Source: a virus (taxonomy: Duplodnaviria > Heunggongvirae > Uroviricota > Caudoviricetes). From it: 39,046 nucleotides of DNA. The DNA is taken from IMG/VR virus record IMGVR_UViG_2579778894_000027; one strand, given 5' to 3'. This document shows positions 7,573 through 16,679 of the stretch, one piece after another. The notes under the pieces are model-generated. The model saw only the letters and a list, made by a program, of their open reading frames with translations. It ran no database searches and had not been told where the DNA came from. The translations under genes and the position numbers were made by a program. Each line of letters begins with the position of its first letter. The first letter of the stretch is position 1.

Positions 7573-10395
7573 ATGACGGCAGAGTATATCAGGGACTGGC
7601 AACAACCGCGCCACGCAGTGGGGCGTGAAGGAACGGAGATCCCCGCTCCTGAATCCGCGCTTTCCTCCTGGCTGGATGCCTACCGGGTAGAGAACGAACG
7701 CCGCCAGGAAATGGCTGATGCGGCGTTCTCCGCCACGCCGCTGGGCAACCTGATTAATAAAAGCCTGGACGCACAGGAAAAACAGGACAAAACCATCACA
7801 CTGGCAGGAGACGCCAGAAAACAGGCACGTGGCGCGGTGGATGAAGCCATGGCCTCACTGCGCCTGCTGCCGTCCTATCTGCGCGATCCGCTTATTCGCC
7901 ACCTCTCCTTCCTGCGCAAAAAACAGGAAGCCGATCGCCGGAAAGGCAAAAAGAGCTGGCAGGCTGAACGCTACGCGTGCGGAACCCTGCGCAAAATATT
8001 CGAACGTCTGGACCGCACCGACCACCGCTGGCTGACACCGGGTTATCGCTCCCTTGCCGGACGCGAACGCCTGGATGATTTGCTTTACCTGCCGCAGCTC
8101 AACAAACACCAGATACAGACGCTGGCCACCATGACGGCGGCGATGTTCAGCAGCACCTTCGAAAAACTCTGCGATGGCTTTGGCGCGACTGATGGCGAGC
8201 TGACCATGGATGTAACGCTGAAGGCTTATCAGATGCTGGCCCGCATGGCGTTACACCTGCACGCCATGCCTCCACATTATGACGCACTGACAACAGACAA
8301 AGACCGGAGGAACGAACCGGACACGGAGCTGCTGCCGGGCGCAATCCTTCGCCTGACCTGTGCGGAATGGTGGAAACGCAAACTGTGGCTGTTACGTTGT
8401 GAGTGGCGGGAAGAACAACTCCGCGCCGCCTGTCTGGTTTCCAGAAAAACATCCCCCTATCTGAGCCAGGACGCGTTAAGCGAGTTTCGCGCACAGCGCG
8501 AGAAAACGCGCGATTTCCTGAAAAGTTTCATGCTGGAAAATGAAGACGGGTTCACGATTGATCTCGAGACGGTGTATTACGCGGGAGTAAGTAACCCGGT
8601 TCACCGTAAGGCAGAAATGATGGCCACCATGAAGGGACTGGAACTTCTGGCCGAAGCCCGTGGCGACAGAGCGGTGTTTCTGACCGTCACCTGCCCGTCA
8701 AAATACCACGCAACAACGGAGAACGGTCATCCGAACCCCAAATGGAACGGGGCCACCATGCGCGACTCCAGCGATTACCTGGTTAACACGTTTTTTGCGG
8801 CGGTCCGCAAAAAACTGAACCGCGACGGCCTGCGCTGGTATGGCATCCGCACGGTGGAGCCTCACCATGACGGCACTGTGCACTGGCATATGATGGTCTT
8901 TGCACATCCGGACGAGATTGAAACCATCGTGTCCCACGTCTGCGATATTGCCATTCAGGAGGACCGCCACGAGCTGGGCGATGACATAACTCCGCGTTTT
9001 AAGGCGGAGTATGTCGACGGCTCAAAAGGCACACCAACCAGCTACATCGCCACCTACATCGGAAAGAACCTGGACAGCCGCGCCGTGGATGGCATCGACC
9101 CGAAAACGGGCAAGCCACGCGTTGACCACGAAACAGGTAAATCAATGGCCGAGAGCGTGGAGCGCGCCATCGGCTGGGCGCGCCTTCACCGGGTCCGTCA
9201 GTTCCAGTTCTTTGGCATCCCCTCCCGTCAGGTGTGGCGTGAACTGCGCCGCCTTGCCAGCCAGATGGCACGCAATCCGGAAGGCCCGCAACGGCTGAAA
9301 GATGATGCAATGGATGCGGTACTCGCTGCCGCCGATGCCGGGTGTTTTGCCACCTACATTGAAAAACAGGGTGGCGTGCTTGTTCCACGCAAGGACTACC
9401 TGATTCGCACCGCCTACGACCTCGCAGATGAGCTGAACGATTACGGCGAACAGAGCGTACAGATTTACGGGATCTGGTCACCACTCATCGGGGAATCCTC
9501 CCGTGTGTGCACGTATCCGGATAACTGGAAGCTGGTAAGACGTAAACCAGAACCGGAAGACAACGCCCACGAAAATGGTTTTGACCTTCAGGGCGGCCCT
9601 GCCGCCCCTTGGACTCGTGGCAATAACTGTCCCCGTGTACAGGAAACAGGCAACAACGGGACAGAACAGCCGGAAGAACGGCCAGCACCGTGGCCGCAGC
9701 TTCCTGACGGCGTTGAAGTAAATGAATGGATGCGCTCACTGAAACGGCACGAACGCCGGGCGCTGATGCGTTCGCTTCGTGACAAACAGGCAAAAAACAG
9801 CAGCGATGAAATGCAGAACTGGACACAGAGCCGCAAACAGCAGCGGCCTTTGCCTGATAACCACGAGTTACTCGCTAAAGAATGGCGGGAGTCTGCTGAA
9901 TCTCTCGGCCTGCATATCGGTGAACAACAGATGCAGCACCTGTTACGGGGCGGCAGTCTGTACGTTGACGGCAGCATCATTGCACCGCAGGGATTTGAAA
10001 TTGTACGCAAACCGGATACCCGCCCGGACAGCCGAATCACGCAGCTCTGGCAGCGTCTGAGCCGTAATCATGGCGTAAGCAGCACGGAGATCCGCCATAA
10101 CCCGGTCGCCAGCTATCTGGCACAGCTGGGGGCATCAGACCCTGAAGCCGCCGCACGCCTGGCATCCACACTTCAGCAGGACCAGAACACCATGAAAACA
10201 CCCGTTACCGTGCTTTCTGACATGCTGCGCGCCATCCGCGACGCAGAGCACGCACAGAGAATCAGTGAAACCACTGAACGCGCCAGCCGCAAAGCAGACC
10301 TGCTGCGGGGTGGCCTGACCAGTGGAAACAAAAAACAGACAGAAACGGGACTCACGAATCCCGTAAATGAGCAAAAAACGCGCAGCGATATATGA
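7573..10395 (+). CDS. Replication initiation endonuclease (P2 gpA-like rolling-circle Rep) with long C-terminal extension
   Basis: 940 aa; HUH-type motif GTVHWHMMVFAH and double-tyrosine motif TPTSYIATYIGKN; position between early genes and packaging genes as in P2. Confidence 0.85.
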   Translation: MTAEYIRDWQQPRHAVGREGTEIPAPESALSSWLDAYRVENERRQEMADAAFSATPLGNLINKSLDAQEKQDKTITLAGDARKQARGAVDEAMASLRLLPSYLRDPLIRHLSFLRKKQEADRRKGKKSWQAERYACGTLRKIFERLDRTDHRWLTPGYRSLAGRERLDDLLYLPQLNKHQIQTLATMTAAMFSSTFEKLCDGFGATDGELTMDVTLKAYQMLARMALHLHAMPPHYDALTTDKDRRNEPDTELLPGAILRLTCAEWWKRKLWLLRCEWREEQLRAACLVSRKTSPYLSQDALSEFRAQREKTRDFLKSFMLENEDGFTIDLETVYYAGVSNPVHRKAEMMATMKGLELLAEARGDRAVFLTVTCPSKYHATTENGHPNPKWNGATMRDSSDYLVNTFFAAVRKKLNRDGLRWYGIRTVEPHHDGTVHWHMMVFAHPDEIETIVSHVCDIAIQEDRHELGDDITPRFKAEYVDGSKGTPTSYIATYIGKNLDSRAVDGIDPKTGKPRVDHETGKSMAESVERAIGWARLHRVRQFQFFGIPSRQVWRELRRLASQMARNPEGPQRLKDDAMDAVLAAADAGCFATYIEKQGGVLVPRKDYLIRTAYDLADELNDYGEQSVQIYGIWSPLIGESSRVCTYPDNWKLVRRKPEPEDNAHENGFDLQGGPAAPWTRGNNCPRVQETGNNGTEQPEERPAPWPQLPDGVEVNEWMRSLKRHERRALMRSLRDKQAKNSSDEMQNWTQSRKQQRPLPDNHELLAKEWRESAESLGLHIGEQQMQHLLRGGSLYVDGSIIAPQGFEIVRKPDTRPDSRITQLWQRLSRNHGVSSTEIRHNPVASYLAQLGASDPEAAARLASTLQQDQNTMKTPVTVLSDMLRAIRDAEHAQRISETTERASRKADLLRGGLTSGNKKQTETGLTNPVNEQKTRSDI

Positions 10396-10471
10396 AGCGC
10401 GCACAAAACAGGCAAAAACGGGATTTCAGAATCCCGTAAACGATTAATTAATCAACATAAGGAAAACCGAC

Positions 10472-11431
10472 ATGAAAATTTACATCGACGACGGCTCCAC
10501 CAACATCAAGCTGGCATGGACTGAGAACGGCGAACGCCGCAACGCCATCAGCCCGAACAGCTTCAAGTCGGAATGGTCTGCGCCGTTCGGTGGCTCGCAG
10601 CCTGCTAACTACATGCTTGATGGCGTGCGCTATGGTTTTGATCCGGTCAGCGATCGCTTTGTCCAGACGACCGACACGCAATACCAGTACAGCGATGTGA
10701 ATGTCATTGCCATTCATCACGCGCTGGTCAAATCAGACATCACGCCACAGGAAGTGGATGTGGTTGTTACCCTGCCACTGAGCGAATATTTCGACACAAA
10801 CGCACAGCCGGACATGGCCAACATCAACCGCAAAAAAGCGAACGTCATGCGCCCGGTGGAGTACCAGAACGGCGAAGCATTCACTATCCGTAACGTACGG
10901 GTTATGCCTGAATCCATTCCGGCTGGCTTTAAAGCACTGGCTGACATGAGTCCGTTTGAATCCCTGCTGATTGTGGATTTGGGCGGAACCACGCTGGATG
11001 TGGCAAAGGTTCAGGGGCAACTGGCAGGTATCAGCCAGGTGTTTTGCGATCCACACGTAGGCGTTTCTCTTATGGCCGATGCCGTACTGTCGGTGATGGC
11101 CACTAACGGTATGCGCACCAGTCACCACATCGCCAATACCATTATCGAACATCGCCATAATGAAGCCTGGCTGCGCCAGCACATCCACAATGACGCGCAT
11201 TACGCCAGCCTGATGGCGGTTATTCGTGAAAAGGAAGAAACACTGAAACAACGCGTGATCCGCGCGCTGGCGGTTTTTTCGGGTTACGGGCGGGTGATGG
11301 TTGTCGGTGGCGGGGCGGAGATTGTGGCACCCGCTATCCGCGAAGCCTGCGGAGTTAATGCGACTTTCATCGCGGACGGGGTGCCACAGTTTGCTCTGGT
11401 TAATGGGCTGTACGCAATGGACAAGGAGTAA
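10472..11431 (+). CDS. parM: ParM/StbA-like actin-type segregation ATPase
   Basis: N-terminus MKIYIDDGSTNIKLAW...ISPNSFK...YQYSDVNVIAIHHAL...IVDLGGTTLD closely parallels plasmid R1 ParM (VFIDDGSTNIKLQW...SPNSF...WQYSDVNVVAVHHAL) as recalled. Confidence 0.85.
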   Translation: MKIYIDDGSTNIKLAWTENGERRNAISPNSFKSEWSAPFGGSQPANYMLDGVRYGFDPVSDRFVQTTDTQYQYSDVNVIAIHHALVKSDITPQEVDVVVTLPLSEYFDTNAQPDMANINRKKANVMRPVEYQNGEAFTIRNVRVMPESIPAGFKALADMSPFESLLIVDLGGTTLDVAKVQGQLAGISQVFCDPHVGVSLMADAVLSVMATNGMRTSHHIANTIIEHRHNEAWLRQHIHNDAHYASLMAVIREKEETLKQRVIRALAVFSGYGRVMVVGGGAEIVAPAIREACGVNATFIADGVPQFALVNGLYAMDKE

Positions 11432-11435
11432 ACCA

Positions 11436-11747
11436 ATGACGACACCAACCAGACGGATAAGTTTCTATCTGAAGCCCGCCGCCGTCAAGAACGAAGGAGA
11501 AGCATGCGCCTGGCTGGACAGCCTTACACCAGAAGCCCGCAAAAGCGGCCAACGCGTGGCTTTTCTGGCCGGGCTGGCACTTCTGAAGACGAATCCGGCA
11601 GAGGCTTACCGACTGGCCGCATGGGCTGATGATGAGATGTTACCTGTGACACAAATCAGCTCAAAAAAGTTTGAAGCACAGTCTGCACCAGTGGCTAAGA
11701 TAACCAGCCAGATGGCTGGGAATATCCGGGCGTTATTTCCTGAGTAA
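11436..11747 (+). CDS. parR: ParR/StbB-like centromere-binding adaptor
   Basis: 103 aa; RRISFYLKPAAVKNEGEACAWLDSLTPEARKSGQRVAFLAGLALLKTNP...RALFPE parallels R1 ParR; AAGGAG SD 7 nt upstream; immediately downstream of parM. Confidence 0.75.
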   Translation: MTTPTRRISFYLKPAAVKNEGEACAWLDSLTPEARKSGQRVAFLAGLALLKTNPAEAYRLAAWADDEMLPVTQISSKKFEAQSAPVAKITSQMAGNIRALFPE

Positions 11748-11875
11748 AAGCATCTGCGCGAAAAATGCTCACGTTTATAGAGACAGTATCATTCCATTTG
11801 GCACACTTACTTCAATAATCGATCTGTTAAACAAATAGATTGTCTATTATCTATCGATTAAAACGATCAATTATC

Positions 11876-11903
11876 TTGACAGTAATGTGCCTTTTTGTAA
11901 GAT
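11876..11903 (+). promoter_or_regulatory. Sigma70-like promoter (ttgaca-N16-taagat)
   Basis: Perfect -35 ttgaca at 11876-11881 and -10-like taagat at 11898-11903; flanked by imperfect inverted repeats caattatcttgac / gacaagataattg. Confidence 0.45.
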
Positions 11904-11909
11904 CGTTCG

Positions 11910-12096
11910 CATTGTGAGCGACAAGATAATTGCGCGGCATTGTCCATGCAAAACGCCCCAATAGCAGCAACTATTGGGGCGTAAAACTCGGTCGGACTCA
12001 CTTAACCTGATATGCGTGCCTTCCGAAGTAAATCAAAATGTGCGTCGTATATTTTATTGCTTACACGCACCTCTGTAAAGGCACGCATATTTTTCC
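11910..12096 (+). ncRNA. Candidate structured leader or small RNA ending in an intrinsic terminator
   Basis: Downstream of promoter: GC-rich hairpin cgccccaatag-cagcaa-ctattggggcg (11954-11981), then 13-bp perfect inverted repeat atatgcgtgcctt (12010-12022) / aaggcacgcatat (12078-12090) followed by TTTTT; 3' end abuts SD of the 89-aa ORF. Confidence 0.3.
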
Positions 12097-12111
12097 TATG
12101 AGGTAAATAAA

Positions 12112-12381
12112 GTGCGGGCTAAAACAGGTATTTGCAAGAACCCTCATCGTTATAATCCAACATTTCTGTCTCTCCCTGAATATCAAGGACAAGAAGGTCG
12201 GCACAAATGCGCTGCCTGTGCTTTTGAGCTAGGCATAAAAGATGCGCTTGAAGGACGCGCTATGGCTCAGAATGATTTAGTTTTAGCTAACATTCCGTTT
12301 AGCCAGGCTGGAACTGTAAGGCACAGAGATGCCTATGAAGCATATGTTCGTGGTTGGCGATTAATAAACAGCAACAATTGA
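12112..12381 (+). CDS. Hypothetical 89-aa protein (GTG start), accessory
   Basis: ORF with SD gagg 8 nt upstream of GTG; followed by terminator; contains CKNPH...HKCAACAFE Cys/His cluster. Confidence 0.45.
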   Translation: MRAKTGICKNPHRYNPTFLSLPEYQGQEGRHKCAACAFELGIKDALEGRAMAQNDLVLANIPFSQAGTVRHRDAYEAYVRGWRLINSNN

Positions 12382-12391
12382 TACTTTTGAA

Positions 12392-12417
12392 GCGCCGATA
12401 AGGCGCTTTTTTTGTTT
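12392..12417 (+). terminator. Rho-independent terminator
   Basis: gcgcc-gataa-ggcgc hairpin followed by TTTTTTT. Confidence 0.6.
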
Positions 12418-12867
12418 GCACGATAGTGCACAAGTTTGCACAATTTTTTTGAACGACTTTTTGTACTTCCGGCCCGCGTGGTGGCTGGATCCGTCAAGGA
12501 TCCGTACGTGCACAAAAAAACGCGTTTTTTCTGCGCGCAGGTGACGGGGGAACAGCCCGCGTTTCAGGGGGTAAATAGCATTCCCTGAACGATGTCGCAG
12601 AGATAGAACAGAATGGCTGTATTTCTCACGCTGAGCGTGAAAAAGACGTGAGGGCTTTTGATTTGATGGGGTGAAAGGTAAGGCCGTCAAAATCGCACTG
12701 AGACGGCGAGAACATGCAGTCAACGCGGTGGGATTGCGTAAGAGTCTGACTGTCGATGATGGCAATCAGCAGGAAAGCATCGTGAAATTATCTGACTGAT
12801 ACAGGAGCTGGAGAGTCGGGGCATAAATTTTTTATGCCCCGGCGAAGCAGCAGACAAGCGAAGCGCG

Positions 12868-13914
12868 TCAGGATGTGGGCTGGGTGTCTAACAGTGCGTA
12901 AGGGTTAAAGCGGATCACCTCTTCGCCAAGCCAGTCATTGATGTGCTTCATGGCCTCCATGACGGGCATCAGCTCGTTAATTGCGTAAACCCGCGCGGCC
13001 TTCTCCACATCACCAAACGCACTTTTTTCGCCCGGCATCGCCCCCATCAGTTGCGGCGGAACGCGGTGCGCAGCCAGCACATCATCACGGGATGCCGCCT
13101 TAACATTCATGAACTCATCCTTTGCGGTGATCTGCTGGAACGGCAAAATTTGCACCCCTTCTTTGCCCCCGTTGGGCGCATGAATGAGCACGTTTTTAAA
13201 TGCACCACCACCACGCGCACCCTGTAACGTTTCTTTCAGGGAGTCCATGCTTTCGCGGTTTACCTGCGCTGCACCGATGTAGATGATGCACCCGGCGTGG
13301 GATCCGTTGTCGTAATACAGTTTTCTGAACATGTCCGCCGAATGAGAAAGGCTGGCCGAGAGTAATGCGCCAAGATATTCCGGCATGCCGTAGATTTCCT
13401 GGTTAATATCCGGATTCATCAGGTGGCACACTTTGCCAGGGCGAAACTGGAACGCGTCCTTGCCATCCTGCACATACCACCATGATTCAAGATCGCTTCC
13501 GCGTCGCATGTATTTCGCCAGGGCGTGCCGTAATTTAAGCGGTTCGCCGAGCATATTGCTCCGAAGCTCAAGGAATGCGTTACCGAACACAAACCAGTCC
13601 AGCGCCAGCGCCGAGAAATCCTGCCGGGAAAGCAGCGGGTGCGGGATGTAGCACCCGAGCAATACATTACGCTTAAAGTAAAGCGCAGACTGATGCCAGG
13701 ACGTTTGCCGGGCGGCTCTTGCCAGACCGTACCAGTCCACCGGGGTTTCATACCACCGCCCGTTATCAGCACAGTACATATTGTCCAGCAGGTCATGCCC
13801 GGTCAGGCGATAAGGACCATCAAATGTGAATGCACTGAGCGATGATTCTTTCCTGAGCGCATCAGCGAGATCAATGCGTGAACTCATGCGCACTTTTTTA
13901 TTTTTTCTGCTCAT
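12868..13914 (-). CDS. Portal protein (P2 gpQ-like)
   Basis: 348 aa, size and position match P2 Q; ATGA-coupled to terminase large subunit. Confidence 0.8.
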   Translation of the reverse strand: MSRKNKKVRMSSRIDLADALRKESSLSAFTFDGPYRLTGHDLLDNMYCADNGRWYETPVDWYGLARAARQTSWHQSALYFKRNVLLGCYIPHPLLSRQDFSALALDWFVFGNAFLELRSNMLGEPLKLRHALAKYMRRGSDLESWWYVQDGKDAFQFRPGKVCHLMNPDINQEIYGMPEYLGALLSASLSHSADMFRKLYYDNGSHAGCIIYIGAAQVNRESMDSLKETLQGARGGGAFKNVLIHAPNGGKEGVQILPFQQITAKDEFMNVKAASRDDVLAAHRVPPQLMGAMPGEKSAFGDVEKAARVYAINELMPVMEAMKHINDWLGEEVIRFNPYALLDTQPTS

Positions 13915-15665
13915 CAGAACTCCATAACCGTAAAACGCTCGTTTTCCCCTTCGCCGCCAATCGGTTCGTTAATGACAGCAAGCATGGTTGCCCACGCAAG
14001 GTCGCCGTGGCTGATCCCCCTCGCACGGTCCGTTTCGTAAGTGATAAAGCCGCCCGGTGTTTTCACCTTACGCACGGCGTTAAAGGCTGCGACCAGCTCG
14101 CGTTCGGCGCGATCATATTCCCACCGCCCGGCACGCATTATTTGCAGCATTTTCAGTACCAGCGACCGTTTTGATGACAGCGTGAAGGTGTACGGAATAG
14201 CAGCAGGGAAAAACCGTTTCACTATCTGATAAACAGCCTCCCCGTTCCCGCCCGTCACATCAATGCCGATGTGTTCCACGTTGTAGCGACACGTGAACTC
14301 TTCAATGACTCTGGCCTGTTCTTCAAACTCCAGCCCCTGAACGCGTCGCGTCTCCACCGTTCGAAAACGGCCTCCAGGAACAGCCGGAGGAACCACCACG
14401 GACACAGCGCCGCTGTCGCCGTTTCCACTGCTGCCGTTTGCGTCATACCCAATCCATACCGGACGATTTCCCATCGGGCGGGGAGCAAAAGGTTTCCAGT
14501 CTTTCCAGTCGTCGTATCCGTCAACACCGCAGCCAATCAGGATATTCAGGTTAAATGCCGATTCCCCTTCGCGGACAAACTCACACATATAGAGATTGCG
14601 GAACTCGTCTTCGGTGTTTTCATCACGAATTTCGTCAATATCGGTGTGTTTCCAGCCGTGATTAACCACATCTTCCAGCGTGACAATTTGCCGCCACGTC
14701 CGGTCAGGGCAGATAAGCCCGTTATGCAGCGTTTTCCAGTCCACAGAAAAACGCTGGCGTTTATGCGTGGCCTTTTTCTCGTTCCAGCGGTCGCCATTCC
14801 AGTAGGCGTATGCCTCGTGCGTTTCGGTGGATGGCGTGGAGAAGTAGGTGCGCCGCAGTCCGCTGAGGGTTGCCATAGCGCCAGCCACCTTGCGCAGTTC
14901 AGCAAAGCGACTGACCCAGAAAAATTCATCAAAATAAAAATTGCCCGTGTAGGACTGTGCCGTCGCAGCAGAAGTACCAAGAAAATGCAGCTCTGCGCCG
15001 TTGGAGAGGATGATTTTATCGCCCCCTTTCAGCTCCACATCAACTTCAGCCGCAGCCTTCTGAATAATGCTTTTAAACTGGAACGCCTGACGACGCGACG
15101 CAGACAAAAAAATCTGGTTACGCTGGTAAGGTTGTGCCACATCGTCACGCAGCGCCATCAGCAGTGCTTCCTGTGCAAAATACCAGGTCGCCCCAATCTG
15201 TCGGGATTTCAGGATCATCCTGTTACGTATCCCGGCTTCCCTGCAAAGGGTCAGGGAGTCAAACCAGCCCCGCTGATGCCACTCCAGCCTGCTGATGATT
15301 TTTTCCCGCAGTGCGGCAATCTGTTCCGGCGTGAAATGATTTTTGAGTTTTTTCGCCCGGCCTTTCTTTCCTGCGGCCATCACATCCGGCTGGCCATCAT
15401 GCAGCTTTTTAAGCTGCCGGGTCAGCAGGTCTATTTCCTTGAAGTCACCACCTGTTTTATTCTGTTTTTCAGTAAGCTGGATGAGGCGCGCATCGATGGA
15501 CTGCGTGACACGCTGCACGGGTGGCGTTTCATCCCACTGGTCGCGTTTTTTCCACGCATAAATCGTGTTCGGGTTTATTCCCATCAGACGTGATATTTCT
15601 GCGGGCGGATAACCCTGCCAGTAAAGTTGCCGCGCACGCTGGCGCACAAAAGCGTCCTGAATCAT
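13914..15665 (-). CDS. Terminase large (ATPase) subunit (P2 gpP-like)
   Basis: 583 aa; divergent from scaffold/capsid operon as in P2. Confidence 0.8.
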   Translation of the reverse strand: MIQDAFVRQRARQLYWQGYPPAEISRLMGINPNTIYAWKKRDQWDETPPVQRVTQSIDARLIQLTEKQNKTGGDFKEIDLLTRQLKKLHDGQPDVMAAGKKGRAKKLKNHFTPEQIAALREKIISRLEWHQRGWFDSLTLCREAGIRNRMILKSRQIGATWYFAQEALLMALRDDVAQPYQRNQIFLSASRRQAFQFKSIIQKAAAEVDVELKGGDKIILSNGAELHFLGTSAATAQSYTGNFYFDEFFWVSRFAELRKVAGAMATLSGLRRTYFSTPSTETHEAYAYWNGDRWNEKKATHKRQRFSVDWKTLHNGLICPDRTWRQIVTLEDVVNHGWKHTDIDEIRDENTEDEFRNLYMCEFVREGESAFNLNILIGCGVDGYDDWKDWKPFAPRPMGNRPVWIGYDANGSSGNGDSGAVSVVVPPAVPGGRFRTVETRRVQGLEFEEQARVIEEFTCRYNVEHIGIDVTGGNGEAVYQIVKRFFPAAIPYTFTLSSKRSLVLKMLQIMRAGRWEYDRAERELVAAFNAVRKVKTPGGFITYETDRARGISHGDLAWATMLAVINEPIGGEGENERFTVMEF

Positions 15666-15819
15666 TGCTCCCCCTGAGTAATTACAGGAAGATTACCCGC
15701 GCGCGAAACCGTTCTCCTTAACCCCCTGTTCTGACTGTTTTCTTACAACAAAAGCCCTTTGTATCAGCCTGTTACGCTTTGCCATCATGACTGAAGAACC
15801 AGTCAGAGGGGCAAAAACT

Positions 15820-16656
15820 ATGACTAATGAAAAAAAGACATCCCGCAAAAAGTTTCGCGTGGCTGTCTCCGGTGTGACGGCAGACGGGCGCGAAATCAAC
15901 GGCGACATGCTGAAAGCTGCCGCCACCAGTTATAACCCGTCCGTTTATGGTGCACGTGTGAATATTGAGCACATCCTGTCACCACTCCCCGGTAGCGAGT
16001 TTTCCGCTATGGGCGATGTTGTGGGGTTGAGCACCGAAGACATAACCGATGGCCCGCTGGCAGGCCGCACGGCACTGTATGCCGAAATTGAGCCGACCGC
16101 TCGCATGATGTCCCTGCTTAACGATGGTAAAAAAATTTACTCCAGTATTGAGCTGGAACCACAGTCAACCATCACGGGAGGCCCTTACCTGCGCGGGCTG
16201 GCAATGACCGACACCCCCGCCAGCCTGGGCACGGAACGTCTGGCCTTTGCGGCACAACAACGTATGCAACTGATGACATTCAACTGTCAGCAGGGAGACG
16301 TGGCGATGTTCACCGCCGCTATGGAGTCAGAACTTATCGAACTCACCGAACAACGTCAGGAAGAAGGCACCCAGTGGTTTAACCGCGTTATGGGGATTAT
16401 TGGCCGTGGCCGCAAAGCGGATGACGCCAGTTTCTCCCGTATTCAGGAAGCGGTGGAAGGTGTCGCAACGTCACAGGCCGATATTATCGACCGTTTTAAT
16501 GCACTGGAAACCCGCCATCAGCAGGACAGCCAGAAAATCACTTCGCTGACCACAGAGCTGACAGCACTGAAGGAAAAGCTGCGCACGCAGGACGGCGATC
16601 CGCAGAACCGGTTCACCGCAACGGGCGCAGCCTCCGACCAGCTGGCTGACTTCTGA
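15820..16656 (+). CDS. Capsid scaffolding protein (P2 gpO-like)
   Basis: Start placed at ATG 15820 with SD agagggg; FRVAVSGVTADGREINGDM...NIEHI parallels gpO N-terminus. Confidence 0.8.
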   Translation: MTNEKKTSRKKFRVAVSGVTADGREINGDMLKAAATSYNPSVYGARVNIEHILSPLPGSEFSAMGDVVGLSTEDITDGPLAGRTALYAEIEPTARMMSLLNDGKKIYSSIELEPQSTITGGPYLRGLAMTDTPASLGTERLAFAAQQRMQLMTFNCQQGDVAMFTAAMESELIELTEQRQEEGTQWFNRVMGIIGRGRKADDASFSRIQEAVEGVATSQADIIDRFNALETRHQQDSQKITSLTTELTALKEKLRTQDGDPQNRFTATGAASDQLADF

Positions 16657-16679
16657 TAAGACAAAGGAGCAAATTTTTT

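Noticed and set aside
7036-7614. 192-aa minus-strand ORF
   Set aside because: Overlaps two co-directional plus-strand genes (7201-7566 and the start of A) that fit the operon structure; Cys/His-rich composition.
8147-10415. Multiple short ORFs on both strands inside the replication gene
   Set aside because: All nested within the 940-aa A ORF, which has Rep motifs; alternate-frame artefacts.
10472-11431. ParM-like protein as a generic sugar kinase/Hsp70-fold ATPase
   Set aside because: Motif order and the adjacent ParR-like RHH gene fit ParM/StbA specifically.
14271-15593. 440-aa plus-strand ORF
   Set aside because: Lies entirely antisense to the well-supported terminase large subunit gene; Arg/Ser/Pro-rich junk composition typical of antisense frames in GC-rich phage DNA.
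15666-15819. Search for P2-type Ogr box (TGT-N12-ACA) in divergent late promoter regions (also 33346-33502)
   Set aside because: No exact TGT-N12-ACA found by eye (only ACA-N12-TGT at about 15753-15770); late promoters probably exist but could not be positioned.
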